Source of the DNA: a virus
Taxonomy: Duplodnaviria > Caudoviricetes
Length of the DNA: 64,000 bases
IMG/VR virus record: IMGVR_UViG_3300022848_000005
Strand: one strand, 5' to 3'
A model generated the notes under the pieces. The model was not told the DNA's origin, made no database searches, and saw only the letters and a program-made list of their open reading frames with translations. Below are positions 45,679-55,837 of this stretch, in pieces. Made by a program: the position numbers and the translations under genes. Within the stretch, counting starts at the first letter, position 1. The number at the start of each line of letters is the position of its first letter.

Positions 45679-48600
45679 ATGGCATTAATTTCACCTGGAG
45701 TAGATGTAACTGTTACTGACGAGAGTAACTATGCGCCAAATCAATTGGGGACTATCCCTTTAATTGTTTTAGCCACAGCACAGGACAAATTAAACACTTC
45801 TAGCGTAACAGCAATAGCAACTACCGCCGCAAATGCAGGCAAGTTAGTAGCCGCTACAAGTCAGAGAGAATTAACAAGCCTATTCGGTACTCCAACATTC
45901 TATAAGACAAGTTCAGGAACCCCTATTCATGGTTATGATATTAATGAATATGGATTGATGACTGCTTATAGTTTACTAGGTGTATCCAATAGAGTTTATT
46001 GCATCAGAGCAAATGTAAACACAGCCGAATTAGTTGGAACAACAGTACGTCCTACTGGAAGCCCATCTAATGGAACTTATTGGTTAGATTTAACAGACAC
46101 TCTATGGGGCATTTTTGAATGGAATAGTGCTACACAGGCATTTACTAACAAAGTGCCTACAATTTTAGCAAGCACCTCAGATTTAAGTGGTGGTGTACCT
46201 AAAACAAGTATTGGTAGCATTGGCGATTATGCCGTGGTTACAACAAATACAAACAATCCAATTTACTACAAGAAGTACAATAATACTTGGGTACTAGTAG
46301 GCAGCATAGGTTGGCAGACTTCTAGCCCAACTATTGCGGCAACAACTGCTAACCCAACACTAACTTCTTCAAACGCAGTTATCATTAACGGCTCAACAGT
46401 TACGTTAACTGGAACAACAGTTTCTAGTTTGGTAAGCGATATTAATACTGCATCGGTTACTGGTATTACAGCATACGCTAGTGCCACAACCGGCATACTG
46501 CATATTTTTGCAGACGCCACTACAACATCAGATGGCAGTACAGCAGACGGTGCAATTATTATTAGTAACAGTGTAGGAACCCCATTAGCAGATTTAGGCA
46601 TCACAGCAGGTACGTTCTACAGACCAGCACTAGCTCAGACAGCTCATACAAGTGTTCCTACTTGGAAGACTAACGATACAGCTTCTAGACCAACAGGAAG
46701 TGTTTGGATTAAAACAACCACTGCTAATGTTGGTGCAAGTTTTGACGCTAGTGTTTACTCTAGCACAACAGATGCATTCTCAGCAGTAAGTGCTCCTGTT
46801 TACGAAAACGACCAGTCAGCAAACGCAACTCTGGATGCTACTGGTGGTGGTAAAAACATTGGTGCTAGTAGTGTTTACGTACAATACGATGCACTAGAAG
46901 ATGACTCAGCTACTTACAAGCTATATAAGCGTTCAGCAACTGGTAGCACCACAATTACAGGTAGTGTTGCTAACCCAGTACTAACAGCCACTAACACATT
47001 TACTATTCAGCAGAGTGTGCCAGCCAGTAGCACACTAAGCACAGCACAAACAGTTACACTAAGTGGTACTGATGCGGCGTCTTTGGTGTCAGATCTACTA
47101 GCATTAGGACTATCACAAATTACTGCTAGTGTAAACAGTGCAGGTAAAATTGTTATTAACCACACAGGTGGTGGCGTTATAGTATTAAAGAATACTGCAG
47201 GAACACCGTTAACAACTGCTGGTATTACAACTTCATTATCAAACGTTAAAGCGGGAAATAATTCAGACTTGGTTGCAAGTAACTGGATCCCATTAACATA
47301 CACAGCAAGTTTAGCAGTACCAAGCGCAGATCCTGTAACAGGTACACTTTGGTACTATAACGCTGTTGATGATGTTGACATTATGATACATAACGGGACA
47401 GACTGGAAAGGGTACCAGACACTAGCCGCTGATGCAAGGGGCTATGATTTAACTGCTACTGATCCAGATGGTGTTATTGTCGCCGCAAGTGAACCAATTG
47501 CACAGTCAGATGCATCAGCACTAGTAAGTGGAGACCTTTGGTTAGATACAAGCGATTTAGAGAACTATCCTAACCTTTACAGATACGATGCTACTGATTC
47601 TAATTGGACATTGATTGATAATTCAGATCAAACATCAGAGAACGGTATTTTGTTTGCAGATGCACGTTGGGACACAGACGGAACAACAAATCCAATTACT
47701 GGTGACATCCCACTAATTACAAGTTTGTTGGCATCTAACTATACAGACTTAGATGTTCCAAGTGCCGCACTTTATCCACGTGGAACTTTATTGTTTAATA
47801 CACGTAGAAGTGGTTACTTAGTTAAAGAGTTTAAGAACGACTACTTTAATTCAGATGACTTTGCAGGATCTTTACCAACAATTAAAGATGCTTGGGTTAA
47901 TAAGGCAGGCAACAAGTCAGACGGCTCACCTTACATGGGTAGAAAAGCAGTCAGACAGGTTGTGGTAGCCGCAATGAAGTCTGCATTAGACAGTAACACA
48001 GAGATCAGAGAAGAGCAACAGGTATATAACTTAATTGCCGCTCCTGGCTATGAAGAGTTAACTGCTAATATGATTAGTCTAAATAACGATAGACGTAACA
48101 CCGCATTTATTGTTGCAGACACCCCAATTAGACTTGCCCCAAGTGCTACTGAAATAAGCAACTATAATAATAACACTGGCACATGGTTCGGCGAAGGCGC
48201 AACATCAACTGATGCCTATGTTGGGTTATATTATCCATCAGGACAGAGTACTGATTTATCAGGTAGCACTATTGTTGTTCCACCAAGTCATATGGCATTA
48301 CGCACAATGATCAGAAGTGACGATGTGAGCTTCCCTTGGTTTGCACCAGCAGGTACGAAACGAGGTCTAGTTGACAACGCCACACAACTTGGTTATGTTA
48401 GTTCATCCACTGGTGAGTTTGTGTTAGCAGGCTTAACAGAAGGTGTAAGAGATAGTCTATATGAAAATAAGATTAATCCAATTACATTCCTTCCAGGAAT
48501 TGGTTTAACAATTTATGGTCAAAAAACACGTGATCCAAACGCACCAAGTTCACTTGATAGAATTAATGTTGCAAGACTTGTTGTTTATATGAGAACTAAC

Positions 48601-48879
48601 TTAAACACATTAGCAAAACCGTTTGTGTTTGAGCCCAACGACAAGTTAACTAGAGACGAAATTAAACAAATCGTCGAACAGTTATGTAACGACTTGGTTG
48701 CTAAGAGAGCATTAAGCGACTATGTTGTTGTATGTGATGAAACAAACAACACACCAGTTAGGATTGATAGAAACGAACTATACGTAGACGTTGCTATTGA
48801 GCCAGTTAAGTCTGCTGAATTTATCTTTGTTCCAATTAGATTGAAGAACACAGGTGAGATTGCAGGAACTAGTGTATAA
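45679..48879 (+). CDS. gp18: Tail sheath protein
   Basis: MALISPGVDVTVTDES, YNLIAAPGY, PWFAPAGTKRG, SLDRINVARL, FVFEPND and VAIEPVKSAEFI motifs. Confidence 0.95.
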   Translation: MALISPGVDVTVTDESNYAPNQLGTIPLIVLATAQDKLNTSSVTAIATTAANAGKLVAATSQRELTSLFGTPTFYKTSSGTPIHGYDINEYGLMTAYSLLGVSNRVYCIRANVNTAELVGTTVRPTGSPSNGTYWLDLTDTLWGIFEWNSATQAFTNKVPTILASTSDLSGGVPKTSIGSIGDYAVVTTNTNNPIYYKKYNNTWVLVGSIGWQTSSPTIAATTANPTLTSSNAVIINGSTVTLTGTTVSSLVSDINTASVTGITAYASATTGILHIFADATTTSDGSTADGAIIISNSVGTPLADLGITAGTFYRPALAQTAHTSVPTWKTNDTASRPTGSVWIKTTTANVGASFDASVYSSTTDAFSAVSAPVYENDQSANATLDATGGGKNIGASSVYVQYDALEDDSATYKLYKRSATGSTTITGSVANPVLTATNTFTIQQSVPASSTLSTAQTVTLSGTDAASLVSDLLALGLSQITASVNSAGKIVINHTGGGVIVLKNTAGTPLTTAGITTSLSNVKAGNNSDLVASNWIPLTYTASLAVPSADPVTGTLWYYNAVDDVDIMIHNGTDWKGYQTLAADARGYDLTATDPDGVIVAASEPIAQSDASALVSGDLWLDTSDLENYPNLYRYDATDSNWTLIDNSDQTSENGILFADARWDTDGTTNPITGDIPLITSLLASNYTDLDVPSAALYPRGTLLFNTRRSGYLVKEFKNDYFNSDDFAGSLPTIKDAWVNKAGNKSDGSPYMGRKAVRQVVVAAMKSALDSNTEIREEQQVYNLIAAPGYEELTANMISLNNDRRNTAFIVADTPIRLAPSATEISNYNNNTGTWFGEGATSTDAYVGLYYPSGQSTDLSGSTIVVPPSHMALRTMIRSDDVSFPWFAPAGTKRGLVDNATQLGYVSSSTGEFVLAGLTEGVRDSLYENKINPITFLPGIGLTIYGQKTRDPNAPSSLDRINVARLVVYMRTNLNTLAKPFVFEPNDKLTRDEIKQIVEQLCNDLVAKRALSDYVVVCDETNNTPVRIDRNELYVDVAIEPVKSAEFIFVPIRLKNTGEIAGTSV

Positions 48880-48893
48880 TTAAAGTACGCATA

Positions 48894-48920
48894 TAATGAG
48901 AGCCACTAGGCTCTCATTAA
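48894..48920 (+). terminator. Hairpin between sheath and tube genes
   Basis: TAATGAGAGCC-ACTAG-GGCTCTCATTA; there is no clear U tract. Confidence 0.55.
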
Positions 48921-48963
48921 TGCAGTAGTATACGATAAATACTACTAATTAGGAGACAGAAAA

Positions 48964-49581
48964 ATGGCAGTAGCAAGTTTAAACAAATTTACGGTACCTT
49001 TAGCTAGTGACCAATCAGCAAGTACACAAGGCTTGTTGATGCCAAAATTAAAGTATCGCTTTAGAGTGAGCTTTGAAAACTTTGGCATTACAACTCCACG
49101 TAGTGAGCTAACAAAACAAGTTATAGATTTTATGCGACCAACAGTTTCACAAGAACGTATGGAAATTCCAATTTATAACTCTAGAATTTACTTAGGTGGA
49201 CGCCCGACCTGGGAGACAACCACAGTTAACCTGCGTGATGACGCCCAGGGTAATGTTTCCAAACTAGTTGGCGAGCAGATGCAAAAGCAATATGACTTTA
49301 TGGAACAGTCTAGTGCGGCATCAGGCATTGACTACAAGTTTATTACAAGATGTGAAATATTAGATGGTGGTAATGGTGCATTTACTCCAACATCATTAGA
49401 GACCTGGGAACTGTATGGCTGCTTTTTAACTAACGTAGCATACGGTGATGTATCATACGGTAGTGATGAACCAATAAGTATTCAGATGACAATTAGTTTT
49501 GACAACGCAATACAGACTCCACTTGGAACTGGTATTGGTACATTGGTTGGAAGAACAATAGGTCAGACAATTACAGGTTAA
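48964..49581 (+). CDS. gp19: Tail tube protein
   Basis: LMPKLKYRFRV, TKQVIDFMRP and ETWELYGCFL..YG..Y..I.MTISFDNA motifs. Confidence 0.85.
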   Translation: MAVASLNKFTVPLASDQSASTQGLLMPKLKYRFRVSFENFGITTPRSELTKQVIDFMRPTVSQERMEIPIYNSRIYLGGRPTWETTTVNLRDDAQGNVSKLVGEQMQKQYDFMEQSSAASGIDYKFITRCEILDGGNGAFTPTSLETWELYGCFLTNVAYGDVSYGSDEPISIQMTISFDNAIQTPLGTGIGTLVGRTIGQTITG

Positions 49582-49602
49582 TTTTAGTATTTTAGCAGAA
49601 TT

Positions 49603-49632
49603 AAAAAGCAGGGTATAAAACCCCTGTTTTTT
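49603..49632 (+). terminator. Intrinsic terminator after the tube gene
   Basis: AAAAAGCAGGG-TATAAAA-CCCCTGTTTTTTT. Confidence 0.75.
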
Positions 49633-49649
49633 TATGGATAAATAATAGT

Positions 49650-50903
49650 ATGGCAAATTTATTATCTGGAGTATTCCAAAAAGCGTTAGGATCAGCTAGT
49701 TCTGTTATTAAAGCAGGCACTGGGTTAAATGTTACTGACAGTTTGGGAAAGCAATTTAAAAGTTTAGCAGACGCCGCAACTACTGCTGATTATATTAAGG
49801 ACTTCAAACACGGACAACGAATGTTTGGAGACAACAACTTTGCGCTGGCTCCAAAACACAGTGCTCTGTTCCATGTTAACATAGAGCTAAACCCAGCATT
49901 TAATCCATTGACCAACGAAGAATCCATAGAGTTGGGTATGTTGGCAAAAAATGTAACATTGCCTGGATTTGCTTATGATACAGAGCAGTTACATGCGTAT
50001 AACAGAAAAGTAAACATTCAGACTAAAGTTAATTACGATCCTGTTACGATAGAATTTCACGACGACACGATTAACTTAACAAAAAAGTTTCATGAGCTTT
50101 ACCTTAAACATTACTTTAGAGACGATGACCACGAGAATGCTGTATATGATCCCAGTTTAAGTGTATATGGTAATAGAACAACTGACAAATGGGGTTATAG
50201 CCAAGCTGGAGACGTACAGGGAAACTTTATTGCTAGGATAAATGTATATAGTTTAAGTCAAAAGACTTTTACACATTATGTTGTGGAAAACCCCATAATA
50301 CAATCATTTAAACATGGCAATCATAATTACTCAGGTGAGTCCTTTATGTCTAGCACAATGACGGTGATGCCTGAACAAATTAGGTACATTGGAGAAGGCA
50401 TAGTAACAAGTGACCAAGTTAGAGGGTTTGGTATTATACATTATGATACTGTTCCGAGTCCACTACAATCATTGGGTGGCAGAGATACTATTATAGGCAA
50501 AGGTGGTGTGTTTAACACCATTGGCGGTATAGGTGATAAGATTGCATCTGGTAACTTCTTAAGTGCCGCCTTAGATGCATATAGGGCTCGTGATACTTTT
50601 AAAAATGCTGATCTTAAAAAAACAGCCCTAAGGGACATCACAGGCTTAGCCACAGACGTATTGCGTGGCAACAACACACAGGGAAAATACTTCTTTCCTT
50701 CAGTCAGCAACTTAGTCGATAAATTTGGCCCAAGCGAGGGCAAGTCTACACCTTCCAGCTCGTCGAATAGTGATATAGTCGGCTCAAGTCCTGCAGGACA
50801 AAATGTAGGATCAGACAACAGTTTTGCTGAGAACAAAGATGCTCGCCGCAATGAACAAATAAACAGAGCGGCAGGACAAGCATCTAACATTAGAACTATA
50901 TAA
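49650..50903 (+). CDS. Second tail-tube-like protein
   Basis: KNVTLPGF, YNRK..QTKVNYDPVTIEFHDD and NPIIQSFKH tube-fold motifs. Confidence 0.6.
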   Translation: MANLLSGVFQKALGSASSVIKAGTGLNVTDSLGKQFKSLADAATTADYIKDFKHGQRMFGDNNFALAPKHSALFHVNIELNPAFNPLTNEESIELGMLAKNVTLPGFAYDTEQLHAYNRKVNIQTKVNYDPVTIEFHDDTINLTKKFHELYLKHYFRDDDHENAVYDPSLSVYGNRTTDKWGYSQAGDVQGNFIARINVYSLSQKTFTHYVVENPIIQSFKHGNHNYSGESFMSSTMTVMPEQIRYIGEGIVTSDQVRGFGIIHYDTVPSPLQSLGGRDTIIGKGGVFNTIGGIGDKIASGNFLSAALDAYRARDTFKNADLKKTALRDITGLATDVLRGNNTQGKYFFPSVSNLVDKFGPSEGKSTPSSSSNSDIVGSSPAGQNVGSDNSFAENKDARRNEQINRAAGQASNIRTI

Positions 50904-50912
50904 GGATTTCAA

Positions 50913-51275
50913 ATGGCAATACCATCCAATTTACCCAACCTTAAAGCAGAATCTACGCCCAATTACTTTAAAAACTTTTTTGTTAAGGAAGGCTACGTTA
51001 CTGACAACCAATACGAAGCACTAATTGGATTGCTTATGAAAAGAACAGCGAACAAAGAGTCCGCTGAGAACTTAGCAGGAGCAATTATACAAGGCTCATC
51101 CCAGCAAGACATCTCGTTTAACGAATTATTTGATTACATTAAAAAAGCAAATACCATAGAGTTAGATGCGTTTTTAGCTTTTTTCCTTAATAATACTCGT
51201 GTGGGAACTAGTTATCTTGGCATAAGTAATCCAGGAAATCAAAATCCATATGTCTTACGCACTATTTTGGTATGA
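50913..51275 (+). CDS. Hypothetical protein
   Basis: 120-aa ORF in the operon. Confidence 0.55.
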   Translation: MAIPSNLPNLKAESTPNYFKNFFVKEGYVTDNQYEALIGLLMKRTANKESAENLAGAIIQGSSQQDISFNELFDYIKKANTIELDAFLAFFLNNTRVGTSYLGISNPGNQNPYVLRTILV

Positions 51276-51706
51276 CCAAATATGCACAAGGCAAATTTCA
51301 TCCAAAAAACGCAAAAAAATATTTAGGCAGACAATTACCAACTTACCGCAGTAGTTGGGAACAACGTTTTATGATGTTCTGCGACACTAATCCTAGTGTT
51401 ATAAGTTGGGCCAGTGAGCCTGTTAAAATACCTTACTTTAATCCTGTTAAAAACAAGCAAACAATATACGTGCCAGACTTTTTAATAGAATATATAGATA
51501 GGAACAAACAGAACCACAAAGAGTTAATTGAAATAAAACCCAGTAATCAAACACTGTTTGAAAAAACTCGCAGTCAGCGTAATAAAGTAGCCTGGGTCAT
51601 TAATCAGGCAAAGTGGCAAGCCGCAGAAACGTGGTGCAATCACTACGGAATAGTATTCCGCATACTGGGTGAAAATGAACTGTTCCACAATGGACGCAGT
51701 AAATAA
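51272..51706 (+). CDS. gp4: Head completion nuclease, gp4-like (TnsA-N PD-(D/E)xK fold)
   Basis: YRSSWEQRFM.FCD, WASEP.KIPY, YVPDF..EIKP and KWQAA motifs. Confidence 0.85.
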   Translation: MTKYAQGKFHPKNAKKYLGRQLPTYRSSWEQRFMMFCDTNPSVISWASEPVKIPYFNPVKNKQTIYVPDFLIEYIDRNKQNHKELIEIKPSNQTLFEKTRSQRNKVAWVINQAKWQAAETWCNHYGIVFRILGENELFHNGRSK

Positions 51707-51710
51707 AAGT

Positions 51711-52193
51711 ATGACAAAAAAGTTAGAAGAGATATTTAATATTACTACTGATGACGTTTCAGAAGAAGAATCAGAAAAGTCTATCCCGGTAAGGAAGGCG
51801 TTTATTGATGATATTAATAGTGCAATTGACAAGATAGACATAGCACTACCTAGGGTTAGAGACCTAGATGATACCAGCGATAGAGAGTTAGATGCCCTAG
51901 CAGACTTAGCGACAGACAAATTCAACGATCTAATGGATCTTGGTATGAATGTTGATAGTCGCTTCAGCGGTAACATATTTCAAACCGCCAGTCAGTTGCT
52001 AGGACATGCTATTACTGCCAAACAGGTTAAACTGGATCGCAAATTAAGAACTGTGGACTTGCAGATTAAAAAAATGCGTCTAGACCAGCAAAATCAGAAA
52101 GGTGGCACTAACGAAGACGCTGAAATAGAAGGCAAAGGTGTAGTGTTAGATAGAAATGCATTGCTCCAAGAAATACTCAAGAACAACAAATAA
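51711..52193 (+). CDS. Putative terminase small subunit
   Basis: MTKKLEEIFN, FNDLMDLGMNVDSR and LQIKKMRLD motifs; the call rests on motif and position. Confidence 0.55.
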   Translation: MTKKLEEIFNITTDDVSEEESEKSIPVRKAFIDDINSAIDKIDIALPRVRDLDDTSDRELDALADLATDKFNDLMDLGMNVDSRFSGNIFQTASQLLGHAITAKQVKLDRKLRTVDLQIKKMRLDQQNQKGGTNEDAEIEGKGVVLDRNALLQEILKNNK

Positions 52194-52232
52194 AACTTAC
52201 AAACCGTGCTAAATACGACATAAGGACCCATC

Positions 52233-52823
52233 ATGAAAACATTTATAGATTACTTAACAGAGGCCGCAGATAAGACATACGATTTTAAAATTAAATTGTG
52301 TTGCGAGCCTGACAAAGACAACCTAGATGCTATGGAGAATGTACTAAAAGCATACGACATGGTATCTATGGGTAAGCCAAAAAGGCTACCAGTTAAAGAA
52401 CATCCAGGCGAATTTCCTAATAGAGGACCTATTGAAGTATACATTATTGACGCAAGTGTACGTATGCCTGTAACACCACCACAACTTAAAGAAATGCTGA
52501 AACAACGAGCTGGTATTAACGAAGCAGATTTGCTTGTGTATACCAAAGGTCAAGACGAGTCCTATGTCGCTGATCAAGGGCAAGAATCAGATGGTGCTCT
52601 ATTAGGAAAAGATTATGACAAGTCAGACAACAGTGAATATGGTACAGAAAAGTTTAAGAACAGCATGTTGAAAGACCTAGAGCCTAGTATTAAACATGAG
52701 TATGCAGATCCTAATACTGAGCGGGGTAAAACCACAAACGACCTTCCGATGGGTGTCCAGAGTCCTATGGGATCTACTGCAAATGCAAATAAGAAGCCAG
52801 AGCATAAAAGTTCTGCTAGGTAA
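52233..52823 (+). CDS. Putative internal head protein
   Basis: N-terminus MKTFIDYLTE resembles the T4 capsid-targeting sequence. Confidence 0.5.
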   Translation: MKTFIDYLTEAADKTYDFKIKLCCEPDKDNLDAMENVLKAYDMVSMGKPKRLPVKEHPGEFPNRGPIEVYIIDASVRMPVTPPQLKEMLKQRAGINEADLLVYTKGQDESYVADQGQESDGALLGKDYDKSDNSEYGTEKFKNSMLKDLEPSIKHEYADPNTERGKTTNDLPMGVQSPMGSTANANKKPEHKSSAR

Positions 52824-52828
52824 GTGTC

Positions 52829-53797
52829 ATGAATAAACGAGAACTTACAAAAGACGAAACGCATGCAATAGCAACAAAAATGGCCAAGGAAGGCTTAAAC
52901 GAAATCGAGGAGAATAGCGTGAGTAACAACGAAGAAGACGTCCAAGCCGAGGAAAGACAGAAAGACCTTACTTGGTTAGAAGACATTAAAAGATTATCAG
53001 GTTTAGCTAACACATACGAAAACAGTGCAGGCGCAATGACTGAGTATAAGGTTGACGAATCTACTGACTCAGATGAAGAAGTAGTTACTGAAGAACAAAG
53101 CCCAGCACAGAAAGCGGCATTTCAAAAGATGCTAGATGCTAAAAAAGGCAAAAAGTCAGACGAAGATGTAGAAGAACAAGTAGAGAAAGCAAGTGGTGTA
53201 AGAGCAGACACGAAGGGCAAAGTAGACAAGTCCGAAAAGAAACACTACCATTGCAAACTTACTAAGGACAAAACGACAAGAGGCGTTCGCATGGTAGCAG
53301 ACGAGGGCGAATCAGAAGCTGACGTTAAAGCAAGATGTAAGCGTGAGAACATGGGTTGGGAACTAAAAAGCATTAGAAAACTCGTCGAGTCTGTTGAAAT
53401 GGAAGGCGAGAAAAAAGATCATGATGGAGATGGAGACATCGACAGCAATGATTACTTAGCCGCTAGAGGTAACGCCATTAAAGCCGCTATTGCTAAAAAG
53501 AAGGGCGATGTTGAAGAAGGACTAGCAGAGCTTGCTGACTTACTTTCACTTGCTGGGTTAAAAGGCAAAGTAGAGTTAGATGAACTTGCTAACAAGCCAG
53601 GGCAGGGAACAAAAGAGACTACAACATACAGTGTTTCAGATGTTATAGACCAAGGCAATGACTTACATGCCAAGTCTAAGCAATACGCAGATAAAGCAAA
53701 GTTGGGTGACAACCCAATGGCTACTGAAGAAGTAGACGTAGTTGAAAACAAACTTTGGAAAGCATATCAAGCAGAATTAGCAGGCGTTAAAAAATGA
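52829..53797 (+). CDS. Acidic putative head/core protein
   Basis: E/K-rich with KRLSGL and LSLAGL motifs and DHDGDGDIDSNDY. Confidence 0.5.
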   Translation: MNKRELTKDETHAIATKMAKEGLNEIEENSVSNNEEDVQAEERQKDLTWLEDIKRLSGLANTYENSAGAMTEYKVDESTDSDEEVVTEEQSPAQKAAFQKMLDAKKGKKSDEDVEEQVEKASGVRADTKGKVDKSEKKHYHCKLTKDKTTRGVRMVADEGESEADVKARCKRENMGWELKSIRKLVESVEMEGEKKDHDGDGDIDSNDYLAARGNAIKAAIAKKKGDVEEGLAELADLLSLAGLKGKVELDELANKPGQGTKETTTYSVSDVIDQGNDLHAKSKQYADKAKLGDNPMATEEVDVVENKLWKAYQAELAGVKK

Positions 53798-54810
53798 AAA
53801 AACTAGCAGAATATTTTACAGAGTCAGAGCAAGGACATATTAGACCGCAAGTGGGTGATATATTTGATATCGTAATTAACGAAGAACTTGCTATTGAAGC
53901 AGATGTGTTAGAATCTACTGAGGATAAACTTGTTCTTGAATATGATGAACGTGGAATATCACTGCTAGAAGGTTTAGATTTAATTGAAGAAGAGGACACA
54001 GTCACCGAAGGCAAGGTAAAAGACCTACTTCTTGACATAGAAGAGCTTACTGACAAAGAGTTTCAGGACAAGTACAATATGTCTAAATTAGATGCTAAGG
54101 AAAAGTTTGATTTAGATGAAATGAGAAAACCTAATGTAATAACTCTAGCCGGTCGGGCCCATGACGCATTTAAAGAACTTAAAGATTATGAAGCAGAAGA
54201 AGTTGATTTTCACAAAGCAATAGATGACCTTGTACATAGAACATTTGGTCACCGCTCTAAAGAAAAGAAGATGGAAGCAGATCTTAGTGAAGCGTCTAAC
54301 AACATTACTAAGATAAAAGACATTGTGTCCAAACAACAAGCAATGAAGATTGATGGCATTATGGTTGATATGTTTACAGCATCAGCAATCAGTCAGATTT
54401 ACAATAAAGTAAATGATACAAATAAGAAAAAGATGGAAGATCTAGACATAACTAAACTTGCAGAACTTGCAATGAAGATGATGGAATCAAAACAATCGTA
54501 TGACAATGTGGTAGAAGACGGTGATGAGTTAGACGAAGCAGAATATCAAGGTCGTGAAGTTAACCTCGGTAAGCCAATGCGTGGCGATGTGGCCAAGTAT
54601 AAGGTCTATGTAAAAGATAAGAAGACAGGTAACGTTAAGAAAGTTAATTTTGGTGATAAGAACATGGAAATTAAACGTGACGATCCTAAGCGTAGAAAGT
54701 CGTTTAGAGCAAGACATGGTTGTGGTACACCAAAAGCCAGCGACAGAACTAAAGCACGTTATTGGTCCTGCCGTATGTGGTCCACAACGCCAGTAAGTAA
54801 AATTATATAA
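53794..54810 (+). CDS. Putative internal head protein with a basic C-terminal module
   Basis: Starts MKKLAEYFTE; ends KVYVKD..VKKVNFGD..RRKSFRARHGC..ARYWSC. Confidence 0.55.
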   Translation: MKKLAEYFTESEQGHIRPQVGDIFDIVINEELAIEADVLESTEDKLVLEYDERGISLLEGLDLIEEEDTVTEGKVKDLLLDIEELTDKEFQDKYNMSKLDAKEKFDLDEMRKPNVITLAGRAHDAFKELKDYEAEEVDFHKAIDDLVHRTFGHRSKEKKMEADLSEASNNITKIKDIVSKQQAMKIDGIMVDMFTASAISQIYNKVNDTNKKKMEDLDITKLAELAMKMMESKQSYDNVVEDGDELDEAEYQGREVNLGKPMRGDVAKYKVYVKDKKTGNVKKVNFGDKNMEIKRDDPKRRKSFRARHGCGTPKASDRTKARYWSCRMWSTTPVSKII

Positions 54811-54812
54811 TT

Positions 54813-55169
54813 ATGAGAGTAAAAGACTTTATAACAGAGATTAAACAAGGAAAAGTCTTAGACTACCAGGAGAGGGCTATACCTGGTGCTAAGACATTCC
54901 CACGTATTGATCAAGGGTATGGACTGTATAGATTTGGACTAGCAATGGCTAGTAGCCCAGACGATATTGGTAACGGGATGCATGAACTTAACAATAGACC
55001 AGTAACACTATGTTATACTAAACAAGAAGAAGAAATTATTAATAAAGCTCTTAAAAAATTAGGGCTTTCATCAGAACAAACTACCAGCAACGGCAGTTAT
55101 GAACCTACCGACACACAAAGTGTTAGCCCGATGCAACCACGTGATGCAGTAAAAAGGAAAAACAAGTGA
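54813..55169 (+). CDS. Putative internal head protein
   Basis: Starts MRVKDFITE. Confidence 0.55.
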   Translation: MRVKDFITEIKQGKVLDYQERAIPGAKTFPRIDQGYGLYRFGLAMASSPDDIGNGMHELNNRPVTLCYTKQEEEIINKALKKLGLSSEQTTSNGSYEPTDTQSVSPMQPRDAVKRKNK

Positions 55170-55474
55170 GAGCAAATGAATTTTTAACTGAGGCAGAGGG
55201 TACTAAGTTAACACCAGAAGAACTTAAAGCTGAGATCGAAGCAAATAAAGCACCATTGGTAACTCCTTCAGGTTGGTCACGTGATAGTAATTCGTTTGGT
55301 GATCTTATTAGACTGGGTTTTATGACCAAAGAGTCAAGACCGTTAAGCGGTTCAGACTATCTAGTAACCCAAACTTATATAGGACCTGGACCAATAACAG
55401 TAGTACATAGTAGTGGCAGAGAAGAAGTTATCAACAAAGGTTGGAAGTTAGAATCTGAGGTAGATTACTCGTGA
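55166..55474 (+). CDS. Putative internal head protein
   Basis: Starts MRANEFLTE; GTG start overlapping the upstream stop. Confidence 0.5.
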   Translation: MRANEFLTEAEGTKLTPEELKAEIEANKAPLVTPSGWSRDSNSFGDLIRLGFMTKESRPLSGSDYLVTQTYIGPGPITVVHSSGREEVINKGWKLESEVDYS

Positions 55475-55629
55475 ACGCAACCGACTTAATTAGAAGCGTA
55501 TTAGATTTAATTGATAGTGTGGTAACAATTACCGCAGGACAAACAATAGACATTAGAGCATCTTCTGCTTTCGGAGAACACTCAATTGGTCCAAGAATGT
55601 CATTAGTCGCATTACCAATAGCAGTATAA
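55471..55629 (+). CDS. 52-aa hypothetical protein
   Basis: GTGA overlap with the upstream stop; MNATDLIRSVLDLIDSVVTITAGQTIDIRASSAFGEHSIGPRMSLVALPIAV*; fills the operon gap. Confidence 0.45.
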   Translation: MNATDLIRSVLDLIDSVVTITAGQTIDIRASSAFGEHSIGPRMSLVALPIAV

Positions 55630-55645
55630 TAGCTAATGGCCGATA

Positions 55646-55837
55646 ATGAAGATATCTGAACTACAAAAATTAGCAGGTATCAGAGAAAAAACATCTTGTA
55701 TGGATATGGAAAACATAAGCCATACCGGTACTGAAAAGGCTAAGATAATGCGTAAGAAAAATATCCAGCCAGGCACACCTGAATGGTTTAAACTTTGGTT
55801 CAGCAGACCATATCTCACAAAAGAAAAGCCTTATTAA
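55646..55837 (+). CDS. Small hypothetical head-associated protein
   Basis: MKISELQKLAGI...IQPGTPEWFKLWFSRPYLT. Confidence 0.6.
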   Translation: MKISELQKLAGIREKTSCMDMENISHTGTEKAKIMRKKNIQPGTPEWFKLWFSRPYLTKEKPY

